DNA from: a virus
Length of the DNA stretch: 64,000 nt
Virus record (IMG/VR): IMGVR_UViG_3300037461_001096
Location: 64,001-128,000 of that record
Reading direction: 5' to 3' (one strand)
Numbering within the stretch: position 1 is the first letter of the stretch; each line of letters opens with the position of its first letter. This document shows positions 37,549 to 47,122 of this stretch, piece by piece. The translations under genes were made by a program, and so were the position numbers. The notes below the pieces were generated by a model, which was not told where the DNA came from, ran no database searches, and saw only the letters and a program-made list of their open reading frames with translations.

Positions 37549-40500
37549 GGGTCCTCGATAACCGACAGTCGCAGTGTTTGATCTGCTTCATCGTATACTA
37601 AATTATACGTGTGAAATTCTCCATCATCCCAGTTAAATGAAATCTTATCCAACACAGTTCCAGATACCATATCTTGTAGTTTAACATATTTATACGATCC
37701 GCCATCCCCCCACCCAATAGCAGCAACAAAACCCGGGGCACCCTCATTATTTGCAGCACAACACACCCCAACAAAGATCCCAGAATCTTCTCCATCAAGA
37801 ATTCCTGTTGCATTAATTCTAATTCTGGTGGTTACATTGAACCCAGTGGATGGGAGTACCGGGTACCCGGCTTTACTTGCGTACATTGTTTTGGATGACC
37901 CGGAAACGCCATATCGTAGAAAATCTTCCCCACCAATTTCCATCTGAGATATTGTTACTTGGGATGGGTCATCTGATGTCACAAACCATGAGGAATGATG
38001 CGGGATCTCGAACCCGAGTTTATATAATGCGGTTCCACCGTTAACTAAAATTGACGAAGCCGTGCCAGAAGTCGGACTTGTCAGTCTGATTTCGGTTCCA
38101 GTAACATATGCCAGACTTGGAACAAAGCTGTTAATTCTAGAAACAACTGCTGAAACACTGGTGTCTGATGAGTCAAAAACTACTTTTACAGGAGGAGTGT
38201 GGTCAACCTCCAAAATGAGCGTATCCTCGTCAACAATCAACGCAGCGTTTGCACCTTCACTAACAAGGGTTGCTTTTTCTGGTAGAAGCGTTCCATCGTA
38301 TAGCAAGGATTTGTTCGACTGATTTTGGATAGATCCGATATGCCACGTCTCCCCATCTGAAAATGGACTAACCAAACCTTCTGTTCCTGTTTCTTCCTTC
38401 CAAAATTTCATTCCTTCGTACAAGATGCCATCTGGAGGTTCAATTCTGATCAATGCCGCTGATCCATGAACCCCGGATTGATCCCTATGGTTATCATAAC
38501 AAAGTTTGATCTGATTCAGAAGATCAGTGCCTGACTCCAAATCTGTTGCATCAGCTATAGTGACAACATTAACCGAATCATTTGAAACATGAACATTGCA
38601 AGTGCGTAGAATAGATGTTCTATGCGCATTGAAATGCACCTTGAGCTCGTTTGCAAGCACAATCAAAGTAGAAAGATCGGTTGCATCTTCTGACGTAACT
38701 ATATTTTGTTCATCGATTTCAACATGGGAAATCTTATAAACAAGGTGGGCGTTCAATTTAGCTTTAATATCGTTAGCCAAATTGATTGCCATGTTCAATT
38801 GATATGGAATAAGATCTTGATCTATCACATCTTCTTTTTCTTTTGTTGTTGAGTCTCGAGCGATAACTGGATGCACATAATAACCGGCAATATGTGCATT
38901 ATACATTGCTTTAACATCATTCACCAAAGAGCAGCAACTGGGAACGTCATAAGCTGTTCCCTTTGTAACAAGGTTATACTGGTCGTCGAATTGATGAGTT
39001 TCCGAAGCTGTTATGTGTTGATTAAACAGAGACTTCAGTTCATTTGCCAACGAAACAATGTATGAAACATTGAGGGTAACTGAGTATTTGGCAGTTTTTC
39101 CATGCCACTTGTCTGAAGCTGCATGAAGTGCGAATTTACCCTTCAGGCTATTAAGCAAAACTTGACATGAAGTCAAATCAGACGCGTCAGGATTTGTTTC
39201 AAGATTTGTGTCAAAATATGGCGCAGCGTCTGGAATGAAATGGAAGCATCCCTTATCCAGATGCTGGTTGTACTTAACAAGTATCTCATTTGCAAGATCT
39301 GTGCAGGTTGAAACATCCACGGGATCTGGAGAAGTTAAAACAGTCAGCAAATCTTTGGGATCATGATATAACCCAACCGTGCTGGTGACATGTGCATTAA
39401 ATACTGACTTAAACTCGGTTAATCTATTTACAAGGGTTGTCAAATCGGTTGCATCAGGTGTAGTTATAACATTGACCGTATCGTTTGATATATGAACATC
39501 TCCAATAAGTGGAATATTTCTGACTCTATGCGATTCATACAGTGACCCAGAGTCGTTGGCTGCTGCCAACAGCAAACCGAGTATTGAAGTATACCCCGAG
39601 GCGTTCGGTACCACAGTATAATTCACAAGATCGTTTTCATAACCTCCTAAAAAGCCATTCGTATTCATGAAGTTATCGGCTGAAATTGTTCCGGCCGCAG
39701 TAACTCTCTTAATAAATCCTCCTTGTGATTCTAAATCCTGAGACATTGGAACAGGAGGCACTCCCTCCCCAAGAATCGTAAACGCTGGAACTGATATGTC
39801 TGACATAAAGTCATCTTCTGGAGTCCCACCGGAGTAAACTGAAAAGCCATAATGTGGATGACTAACTTGAGTTTCGATATGCTCTGGGGAGGCCATAACA
39901 TTGGCCCGGTTCAAAGTATGATGGGACGGAACAAGTCTATCAGTCAAAGTAAGCTTTCCTAGCGAATAATTTAAAAGCGACCACTTTCCTCTGCTAATCT
40001 CTGTCGGGTCTAAGGCCCCCCACGCGATCACCGACCTTCCATTGGAAATATTTTTTAAAAAACTAGATGAAGTTGGCGGAAGGGTAATTGGGTTGTAACT
40101 CATCGAAATAGACGGGACACTAGACCCGTTTATATAGACAGCTACAGATCCAACTGGATCTCGTACAATTCTATATGTTGTCGGAATTGTCCAGTCCAAA
40201 TTCGAAACAGCCCACGATCCGAAAAGTGTTGGGTCCCCTCCTTTATAAATGCCAACATACATATTATTCGTGTATGCAGGGATAGCAAGCTTGCTATCCC
40301 GAAACACAGCAACTGAACTCCAATCTGTGACTGACATGGACGTTTTCATATCCACATTTGATACGGCTTCTCCGCCCGATCCAAACACAATTGATGGCGT
40401 TCCACTAGATGCAGAGCCAAGTGCTGAATACGTTGGGGTTCCAGCAGAAGGAGATAGTATGGAACCATCAGCGTATATAAATAACTGATCAGCTGTTTTA

Positions 40501-43500
40501 TTTGTGAATATGTTGAAACTGTGTGGTTTTTCATCGTTCCAAGTGAATGCGTATTGGGCTATTGGAACGAGGGAACCTGTTCCTGAAAAATACGAAACAA
40601 GATTTAGAAATGGCAGTCCTTGTGAGTCCACCGAAAGGTGTAACTCAACATTTTTACCTCCGTACCCCTCATCAATGTTCGCCAATGCTCCGCAAAAACG
40701 AAGATCAATCATCGGACCAACACCGGGAACGGCATCCCCCGGAGTATAACTAATAACAGCAACTCTGAAGTCTAGTTTCCAATCGGAAGACGGGTCAACT
40801 GACCCGAATATAATTGTCTTATTGTCCATAGTGAAAACAGCATAGTCAGCTGATTCATCTGTAATACGCATAACCGGCGCATATGCTGTCCCAATCATAG
40901 ACGTTTCGGCAGCACCTGATTTTTTCCACGGCACAGTTTCAGAATCTGGAGGGTTATCACCAAACCACGAAACTCTTGGTTCCGGGTTAGAATCTTTACC
41001 AAAATGTCTTCCAACACTAAGGCCTAGTTTGGTGGCGGCATTGCCTGCAGAAGATCCTCCAACTATCGTTATATAAGAAGATGACCCACTTCCCCAAATT
41101 AGCTGAACATGATTTGATCCATCGTCACTGGCTATATCCTCCCCCATAGCTGCGTTGATAACAGAAGAAACGTCTGAAGCCAGAGTCATTACAGAACTGA
41201 AAGTGATGACTTTAGGTGTGTTACCATTGAGTCCAATGAGAATTTTGTCCCCTGAAGATATAGAGAAAGAGCTAGCAGTCCCAACGACTTTTGCCGGCAT
41301 AGGATTGAAGTACAGAAATGCAAAATGCACTGATTGCTGACCGTCATCGATATATAATCCGTGACCTTTCTCACTCATGCTGAATGTGAAATATTCTATC
41401 GAAGCATCAAATTCCACAACACTTAACGTTGAAGGAGAAAGCATGGGTTCAAATCTCATGTAGCCACGGAAGGCACCAGAACTAGCTCCCATGGCAACCA
41501 GTTCAGTTGAATCAGCCGTACAAGTTGACTCAACTTGAACCCCACCTCCCGAAACAACTCGCTCCGTCCCACCATGCCCGAGTGTAATCCAAGGAGCTAC
41601 AGGATCGGATTCCGGTACAGTATTCACATCTAAAACGACCGATTTATTGTCCTCTATGAGATTTGAGTCTAACGGGTTGATATTCGCTCGAATTAATCCC
41701 CAGTAATTATTCGATGTTGCTTCTCTGCTAATAGACCCGAAAAAGACTTGTTGAACCGAGTCAAATTTCCCACCAAAGTCAGATATTGACGGAAGCAAAT
41801 TCTTCGAAACAGAAACCAACGGTTCAGTATCTCCGCTCATATATAGATGGATATCACCAGATGGATCTCTGTATAGTCGATATGTGCTCAAAATTTCCCA
41901 ATTGACAGCCGCAGATTCCCAATTCTCTTGAAATTCGTAAGCGCCCAAGTTAGTAAGTATTCCAACTTGTTGGACTTGATGAACCTCATTATAGATGTCA
42001 TTTACAAAATGAATGTCATCTGCCGTTCTATGTAAATTGAAATTATATTTCAGACTGTTTACAAGCAAAATCGCTGAGTCTAGATCCGAAGCGTCAGGAT
42101 TTGACTCTATACTCGTTGTGTCTATAGCTTTATGAACACCGGCAGTAGCCAGTGTTGGATCTGCCTTAGAGAGATGAAGGTTGAATTTCAGTTTGATTGC
42201 GTTGAGTAGAATGATCAAAGACTCAAGGCTGGTTGCGTCAACTATTTCAATGGCATCAGCGCTATCATTGGGATTGTGAACTGTTGGCTGAATAAGATGT
42301 GTGTTGAAGCTAGCCTTGACGCTGTTTGCCAACACAACCGCAGACGTCAAATTTGTCGCATCAGTAATGACAAATCCAACGAGAGCAACACGATATCCGT
42401 CAGAAAGACCGAAGCCAACACCAGTGAAAGCACCGTCGGGTGTGTAGTCATTTTCAACGCGAACCCTGAAAGCTGCTGATACAATGCTGTCTGATATTAT
42501 ATCAGAATTATGTGTATAAAACGGGGGGCGATTGATAATACCGGACTGGAAATCCTGATCTGAAATAAGTAACAAATTATTGGAGAGGGTCGTAGTGCCA
42601 ACCCCTTCTAAAACCCACGGGTCCGGGGCATTTTGTGGTAAAACATTCGGATCCCACGAAATAGTTGTTTCCTTAACAACCGTGCTTAGGACTGGATACT
42701 TGATCTTCGTAACTGGGGAATTTGTTAACAGCTTTTTCGGATCATTTATAGTGGCAGAATACGCCCTCTCATACGCTTTATATTTCCACCCAATTTTTGC
42801 CGGAGAGACCGCAGAAATCAAATCCGGGGTGTTTCCTGGGTCAATTAAATAAGAACGAGCCTTATATCTATGAGACGGGAACCCCATGATGCCATTGTTG
42901 GCGTCCTGATTTAGAACAAACTCTGGTGAGTTCAATCTGAGAAAACGAGCTGGTGGATTATTTAGGTAATTATAGTCTATGAGTACACTGTCCCCGGAAG
43001 AGGGCTTATATGGAAGAACTACGGCACCGATCATACCAAAGACGGCGTCAGCAGTGACGAGGTTTCCATTTACACGAACGGTCACATCATCCGGAGAGTC
43101 TGCTACTGTTCCAAGTCTAGGGTCAAGAAGCGTCCAAACAAACGGCCCGACAAGCGACCCGGGAGACGACTGAACAGCTACTTTTATAGCCGAGGTACCG
43201 ACGCGACTATCCGAATCACCAAGATAATGGGATCTTCTTTCAAGTCTGTGACTTTCATAAGCTACGCGTAGTTGATTTGCTAGTGTAATAGCATCCGACT
43301 CTGATTGAGCGTCTGCAATCGTGATCGGATTCCAAATATCAGCATTAGTATGAAAATCGTCACCAACGTTTGCCATATGGTTAACAAGGCAAGATTTAAT
43401 CTGATTCAGCAGTGTTATAGATGTCGACAAGTCTGAAGCAACCGCGCTGGATATGTTCACAACGTCGTTCACAACATGCGTCAAATATGGGGACGGTAAA

Positions 43501-43877
43501 CGCATATCTCTATGAACAAGATGCTGGTTGAAAGCCGACTTCAAAGCATTTGCAAGAGTTATGATCCTTTGAAGTGTCAACATCGGGTCATATGTTTTAA
43601 AATTCGCCCCCTCCAATTCAGCTGTTACAGAATTCAAGACTTTGGATATTAAGAATGTTCCATCATTTCTTCCACCACTGCTTCCGGAAAAAGACAAAAG
43701 TCTCCCCTCATCTGATGAAGTCAGACTAACTGACAAGATTCGCACAGTTGTGGGAGATAGGATTATGAGGTCAGATCCGGTAAGGAGCGCAAGTGGGCTC
43801 TTCACTATCGGAGCTCGACGCGTGAATAAAATCCGATCCGCGACTGAGCTGATTCCAGACAACGAAACGGATGTCAC
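37545..43877 (-). CDS. very large virion protein with 15 His-pair helical repeats and beta-rich domains
   Basis: 2110 aa, GTG start with SD GAGGAGG; repeat LxNxxKxxFNxH-x(5-14)-H..D..N...DAxDL. Confidence 0.75.
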   Translation of the reverse strand: MTSVSLSGISSVADRILFTRRAPIVKSPLALLTGSDLIILSPTTVRILSVSLTSSDEGRLLSFSGSSGGRNDGTFLISKVLNSVTAELEGANFKTYDPMLTLQRIITLANALKSAFNQHLVHRDMRLPSPYLTHVVNDVVNISSAVASDLSTSITLLNQIKSCLVNHMANVGDDFHTNADIWNPITIADAQSESDAITLANQLRVAYESHRLERRSHYLGDSDSRVGTSAIKVAVQSSPGSLVGPFVWTLLDPRLGTVADSPDDVTVRVNGNLVTADAVFGMIGAVVLPYKPSSGDSVLIDYNYLNNPPARFLRLNSPEFVLNQDANNGIMGFPSHRYKARSYLIDPGNTPDLISAVSPAKIGWKYKAYERAYSATINDPKKLLTNSPVTKIKYPVLSTVVKETTISWDPNVLPQNAPDPWVLEGVGTTTLSNNLLLISDQDFQSGIINRPPFYTHNSDIISDSIVSAAFRVRVENDYTPDGAFTGVGFGLSDGYRVALVGFVITDATNLTSAVVLANSVKASFNTHLIQPTVHNPNDSADAIEIVDATSLESLIILLNAIKLKFNLHLSKADPTLATAGVHKAIDTTSIESNPDASDLDSAILLVNSLKYNFNLHRTADDIHFVNDIYNEVHQVQQVGILTNLGAYEFQENWESAAVNWEILSTYRLYRDPSGDIHLYMSGDTEPLVSVSKNLLPSISDFGGKFDSVQQVFFGSISREATSNNYWGLIRANINPLDSNLIEDNKSVVLDVNTVPESDPVAPWITLGHGGTERVVSGGGVQVESTCTADSTELVAMGASSGAFRGYMRFEPMLSPSTLSVVEFDASIEYFTFSMSEKGHGLYIDDGQQSVHFAFLYFNPMPAKVVGTASSFSISSGDKILIGLNGNTPKVITFSSVMTLASDVSSVINAAMGEDIASDDGSNHVQLIWGSGSSSYITIVGGSSAGNAATKLGLSVGRHFGKDSNPEPRVSWFGDNPPDSETVPWKKSGAAETSMIGTAYAPVMRITDESADYAVFTMDNKTIIFGSVDPSSDWKLDFRVAVISYTPGDAVPGVGPMIDLRFCGALANIDEGYGGKNVELHLSVDSQGLPFLNLVSYFSGTGSLVPIAQYAFTWNDEKPHSFNIFTNKTADQLFIYADGSILSPSAGTPTYSALGSASSGTPSIVFGSGGEAVSNVDMKTSMSVTDWSSVAVFRDSKLAIPAYTNNMYVGIYKGGDPTLFGSWAVSNLDWTIPTTYRIVRDPVGSVAVYINGSSVPSISMSYNPITLPPTSSSFLKNISNGRSVIAWGALDPTEISRGKWSLLNYSLGKLTLTDRLVPSHHTLNRANVMASPEHIETQVSHPHYGFSVYSGGTPEDDFMSDISVPAFTILGEGVPPVPMSQDLESQGGFIKRVTAAGTISADNFMNTNGFLGGYENDLVNYTVVPNASGYTSILGLLLAAANDSGSLYESHRVRNIPLIGDVHISNDTVNVITTPDATDLTTLVNRLTEFKSVFNAHVTSTVGLYHDPKDLLTVLTSPDPVDVSTCTDLANEILVKYNQHLDKGCFHFIPDAAPYFDTNLETNPDASDLTSCQVLLNSLKGKFALHAASDKWHGKTAKYSVTLNVSYIVSLANELKSLFNQHITASETHQFDDQYNLVTKGTAYDVPSCCSLVNDVKAMYNAHIAGYYVHPVIARDSTTKEKEDVIDQDLIPYQLNMAINLANDIKAKLNAHLVYKISHVEIDEQNIVTSEDATDLSTLIVLANELKVHFNAHRTSILRTCNVHVSNDSVNVVTIADATDLESGTDLLNQIKLCYDNHRDQSGVHGSAALIRIEPPDGILYEGMKFWKEETGTEGLVSPFSDGETWHIGSIQNQSNKSLLYDGTLLPEKATLVSEGANAALIVDEDTLILEVDHTPPVKVVFDSSDTSVSAVVSRINSFVPSLAYVTGTEIRLTSPTSGTASSILVNGGTALYKLGFEIPHHSSWFVTSDDPSQVTISQMEIGGEDFLRYGVSGSSKTMYASKAGYPVLPSTGFNVTTRIRINATGILDGEDSGIFVGVCCAANNEGAPGFVAAIGWGDGGSYKYVKLQDMVSGTVLDKISFNWDDGEFHTYNLVYDEADQTLRLSVIEDP

Positions 43878-43890
43878 TTTTCCTCCTCAA

Positions 43891-46281
43891 TTACACAAGC
43901 AAATTTCCAGCCAGGTCTTGGAAACCAAAAGCCTCGACAGAATAACTGGCTGTGTTCATTCTTGAAACGCGAACCGAAGCCACACGACTGTTTAACCAAC
44001 TAGCCTCAAGTAGAAATGGGTTTGGACTTCCAGTGATTGACACATACGGCATGCTAGGATCTGATTCTAGCATGATAACCAACGATTGCATTGGTTTAGA
44101 CATATAAAGCTCAACAGAATCCGATAAAATATATGGGTCTAGGTTTTCTGGGTTAATCCCTGGTCTAGAAACAGCAGACACCAAAACGGGGGGCGTATCT
44201 ATGCCAGTGAAATTCGTTGTGATCCTTCCAGGAACAACTCGAACTGATGTATTTGTGTAATTATCCCACCAGATTTTTGAGACAGGCATTGTTAAAGAAA
44301 CCGAAACATCATTCTTGAAGCCTGAAGCCTCGATCATAATCATATCCTTTACTCCTACAGACACAACTCCCTTTCCAGGAAAGTCATGATATATAGGAAG
44401 ATCAGGAGATGTAGAACCATTTGGATACAACCCGGAAGAGTTGTGATTTGTTAGCCGGTTTTGCATGACTTCTATAAGATTCGATAAGCTATCCAAGTCT
44501 GATGCAACAGGTGCGTCAATAGCCTCATCGTTACCATAATGGAAGGGAGTGGATATCATATGAGAACTTAATTTCTCTTTAAATGCATTCGCTTTATCGA
44601 TAATATCAGATAGGTTCATAACCTGGGCGAAATCGGAGATTGATACAGTATTTACTGTATCAAGAATTGGGTGCCCCGCTCCAGTGTATGGAGATAAACT
44701 TGGATCACTAATATGCATGCTATATGCTTGAATGGCGTTATTCAACGCCCAAAGAGCGTTTGGTAAAGATGACATAGTGCGTATCTGTGCAAGTAAGCGG
44801 GAGTTCGTTTGTGTCAGAAGTGCTGAATCAGCATAACAAATTTCAACGCCAGACTGCATTCTGACTGCAGCTCCCCTAACCAACGGAGAAACTGACAACA
44901 AAGACGGGTCACTAGCCGCTGATAAAATCTGAATGCCAGGAGGGTAACTAACACTTAGAGAACTTCCTGCATCTTCACTGCTGATAGTGTCCACAGACAA
45001 AAAGAAATCGGCGTGGGTCACATTAGTCGAAAAGTGCAAATCAGCATACCATGTATACGGATCAGACACAGCCGCGGCATTCGAAGAAGACGCAAAATTT
45101 GAAATTTTATCAAGTGGAGTGTATGAGTTTGATAAACTCAAAATATAATTTGACTGAATGTGATTATTAAACTTAGCCTTTATAAGATTCGCTATACTTA
45201 TTGCAGATGCTAGATCTGGGAGGCTCACTTTGTTGATCTGATTCAAATAATCTTGATACTTGTGCTCCGGGATTTGTTCAAGATGACTAATTAGAATGTC
45301 TTCCTCATCTAGCAGAAGAGTGCACACAGTGTCAAGATCAGTTGCCGTCGGTTCAGTCACAATGTTTTTTGTATCTGTGACAGTGTGGGCATGAGACAAA
45401 AAATGGGCGTTTAGTCTGGTCTTTATCTCATTTGCCAGAATGAGTAAAGAACTCAAGTCGGATGCATCTGATGACGTGACCTCATTATCTAGATCAGCAG
45501 CAGCATGAGCCCCATCTTGATAACAGTGCCACTTAGATTCGTTCAAAACGTCCGACTCAAGCATCGGACAGTTGAAAAAAACTCTCATTGTGGCGACGGA
45601 AAACTCTGCAGCATTGCTTACATCAACCACATGAGCGTGTGTGATTGTTGCCTGTTTTAGATCGCTAAATGTTGACGCGTCATATGCTAAAGACAGCCCA
45701 ATGGTTCCAGAACTTAAATTCCCTGAGGCGTCATATACGTCGTCAAAATCAACGCTCCATGGCCCCGATGGCCCTGATGGCTCAGAAACAAAAGTCATCC
45801 TTATGGCTTTTTCGGGGCGTCCTACGGCCCATGGAACCAAAGTCATCAACAGACTTTCAGTTGGGCCAGTCAATGTAGCAGTTGCAGACGAAGACGTTTG
45901 AGCAACGTCTCTGTCAAAAATTAAGTCCACACAGCCACGAAGAGACTGATACGCCCCGAGAATAATCGGAGCATTAACATCAGTTGCATAAAAAACAAAT
46001 GGTTGATCAGTAACCGGTTGACCCCCATCGGAAAACAGACCAGTAACCAAACAACTATATGTAGCCCCGAGGGTAAGAGACGCAGAAAGAGTTAAAGCGA
46101 CAGATAGACGGTCCGAGTCATAGTATTCAGCTGCAATGATGGTGGGAACAGGAGAAGCGCCTCCAACAACTGAAGTTAGTTCATACGCCCCAACGTCGTC
46201 GGCTGAAGCCATCGGGGCATTGAATTTGACCCTGATTTGCTTAGAGCCAATATCATGAACGAATATTCCAACTCCTGTCAT
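43891..46281 (-). CDS. virion protein with Ig-like domains and 6 His-pair helical repeats
   Basis: IRVKFNAPM, VDLIFDRDV and VELYMSKPM...DLAGN Ig-like (Big) motifs plus the same His repeat as the neighbouring gene. Confidence 0.7.
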   Translation of the reverse strand: MTGVGIFVHDIGSKQIRVKFNAPMASADDVGAYELTSVVGGASPVPTIIAAEYYDSDRLSVALTLSASLTLGATYSCLVTGLFSDGGQPVTDQPFVFYATDVNAPIILGAYQSLRGCVDLIFDRDVAQTSSSATATLTGPTESLLMTLVPWAVGRPEKAIRMTFVSEPSGPSGPWSVDFDDVYDASGNLSSGTIGLSLAYDASTFSDLKQATITHAHVVDVSNAAEFSVATMRVFFNCPMLESDVLNESKWHCYQDGAHAAADLDNEVTSSDASDLSSLLILANEIKTRLNAHFLSHAHTVTDTKNIVTEPTATDLDTVCTLLLDEEDILISHLEQIPEHKYQDYLNQINKVSLPDLASAISIANLIKAKFNNHIQSNYILSLSNSYTPLDKISNFASSSNAAAVSDPYTWYADLHFSTNVTHADFFLSVDTISSEDAGSSLSVSYPPGIQILSAASDPSLLSVSPLVRGAAVRMQSGVEICYADSALLTQTNSRLLAQIRTMSSLPNALWALNNAIQAYSMHISDPSLSPYTGAGHPILDTVNTVSISDFAQVMNLSDIIDKANAFKEKLSSHMISTPFHYGNDEAIDAPVASDLDSLSNLIEVMQNRLTNHNSSGLYPNGSTSPDLPIYHDFPGKGVVSVGVKDMIMIEASGFKNDVSVSLTMPVSKIWWDNYTNTSVRVVPGRITTNFTGIDTPPVLVSAVSRPGINPENLDPYILSDSVELYMSKPMQSLVIMLESDPSMPYVSITGSPNPFLLEASWLNSRVASVRVSRMNTASYSVEAFGFQDLAGNLLV

Positions 46282-46310
46282 TGCTTGCCTTTCCGACTAC
46301 AATTTTAGCA

Positions 46311-47114
46311 TTACCAATCAGCGCTGTGATCTTCTCCAGAAACGGAAACCGACTTTTTTGTTCCCAGTAAATCAATACCATCTATTCCATCAACGAACCT
46401 TCGGAAATCTTCGTACCCATAATTCGATAAAGCAAAGCTGAAAGCATCTTTTATTTTTACTGGTTCAATGGACGTCTGGTTCCCAGTATACTCGTCTTGG
46501 AGAACAAATTTCAATCTATATAAAGTGTGGGCCGGTCGGATAATATCCAATAAAATTCTCACATTCTTTTCGGCAAGAAAAACGTCGATTGATCCAGGGG
46601 ATGTAAGCAAAACATCAACGTTAAAAGTATTTTCGTCGGAAATATCAAAGCCAGACCCTGACTTTCGCGCTTCCGCATAGTTTTCTGTAACTATAACTTG
46701 CATGCCATTTGTGACAAGTTCCACGGCTCTTTGCATGCTCGTTGGAACACTTCCTGCGAAATAAACACTAACGAGATTTCTAAGAAAATTAGCAAAGTCT
46801 ATGTCTGCCAATCCAGGATTTGCCATTTCTTTGGGAAATAGCATAGATCCAAGAACCTGATATAAAAACTCGGCACGAGTTGTTCTATAATCAGTATCAG
46901 CACGAATGTCATCCATAGCTATTCGGATTCTAGCCATAGACAAAGCCATCGCCTTAATTTCTCTGGCATAGTTTGGGCCGTCAACAGTCGACTGCCAGTA
47001 AGACGATAGCATTGCAAGAAGAACACGGAAATTGTTTTCAGCTTCTTGATTCAGGCGATTTAAATACTCTTCGCCTGCTTCATAAGCATTTAGATTTGCG
47101 CGCACTATCGGCAT
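46311..47114 (-). CDS. baseplate wedge protein (gpI/gp7-like)
   Basis: Lies downstream of the J-like gene; GS.P.SMQRAVEL...IIRPAHTL pattern of baseplate I-type proteins. Confidence 0.6.
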   Translation of the reverse strand: MPIVRANLNAYEAGEEYLNRLNQEAENNFRVLLAMLSSYWQSTVDGPNYAREIKAMALSMARIRIAMDDIRADTDYRTTRAEFLYQVLGSMLFPKEMANPGLADIDFANFLRNLVSVYFAGSVPTSMQRAVELVTNGMQVIVTENYAEARKSGSGFDISDENTFNVDVLLTSPGSIDVFLAEKNVRILLDIIRPAHTLYRLKFVLQDEYTGNQTSIEPVKIKDAFSFALSNYGYEDFRRFVDGIDGIDLLGTKKSVSVSGEDHSADW

Positions 47115-47122
47115 GAAGCCTC

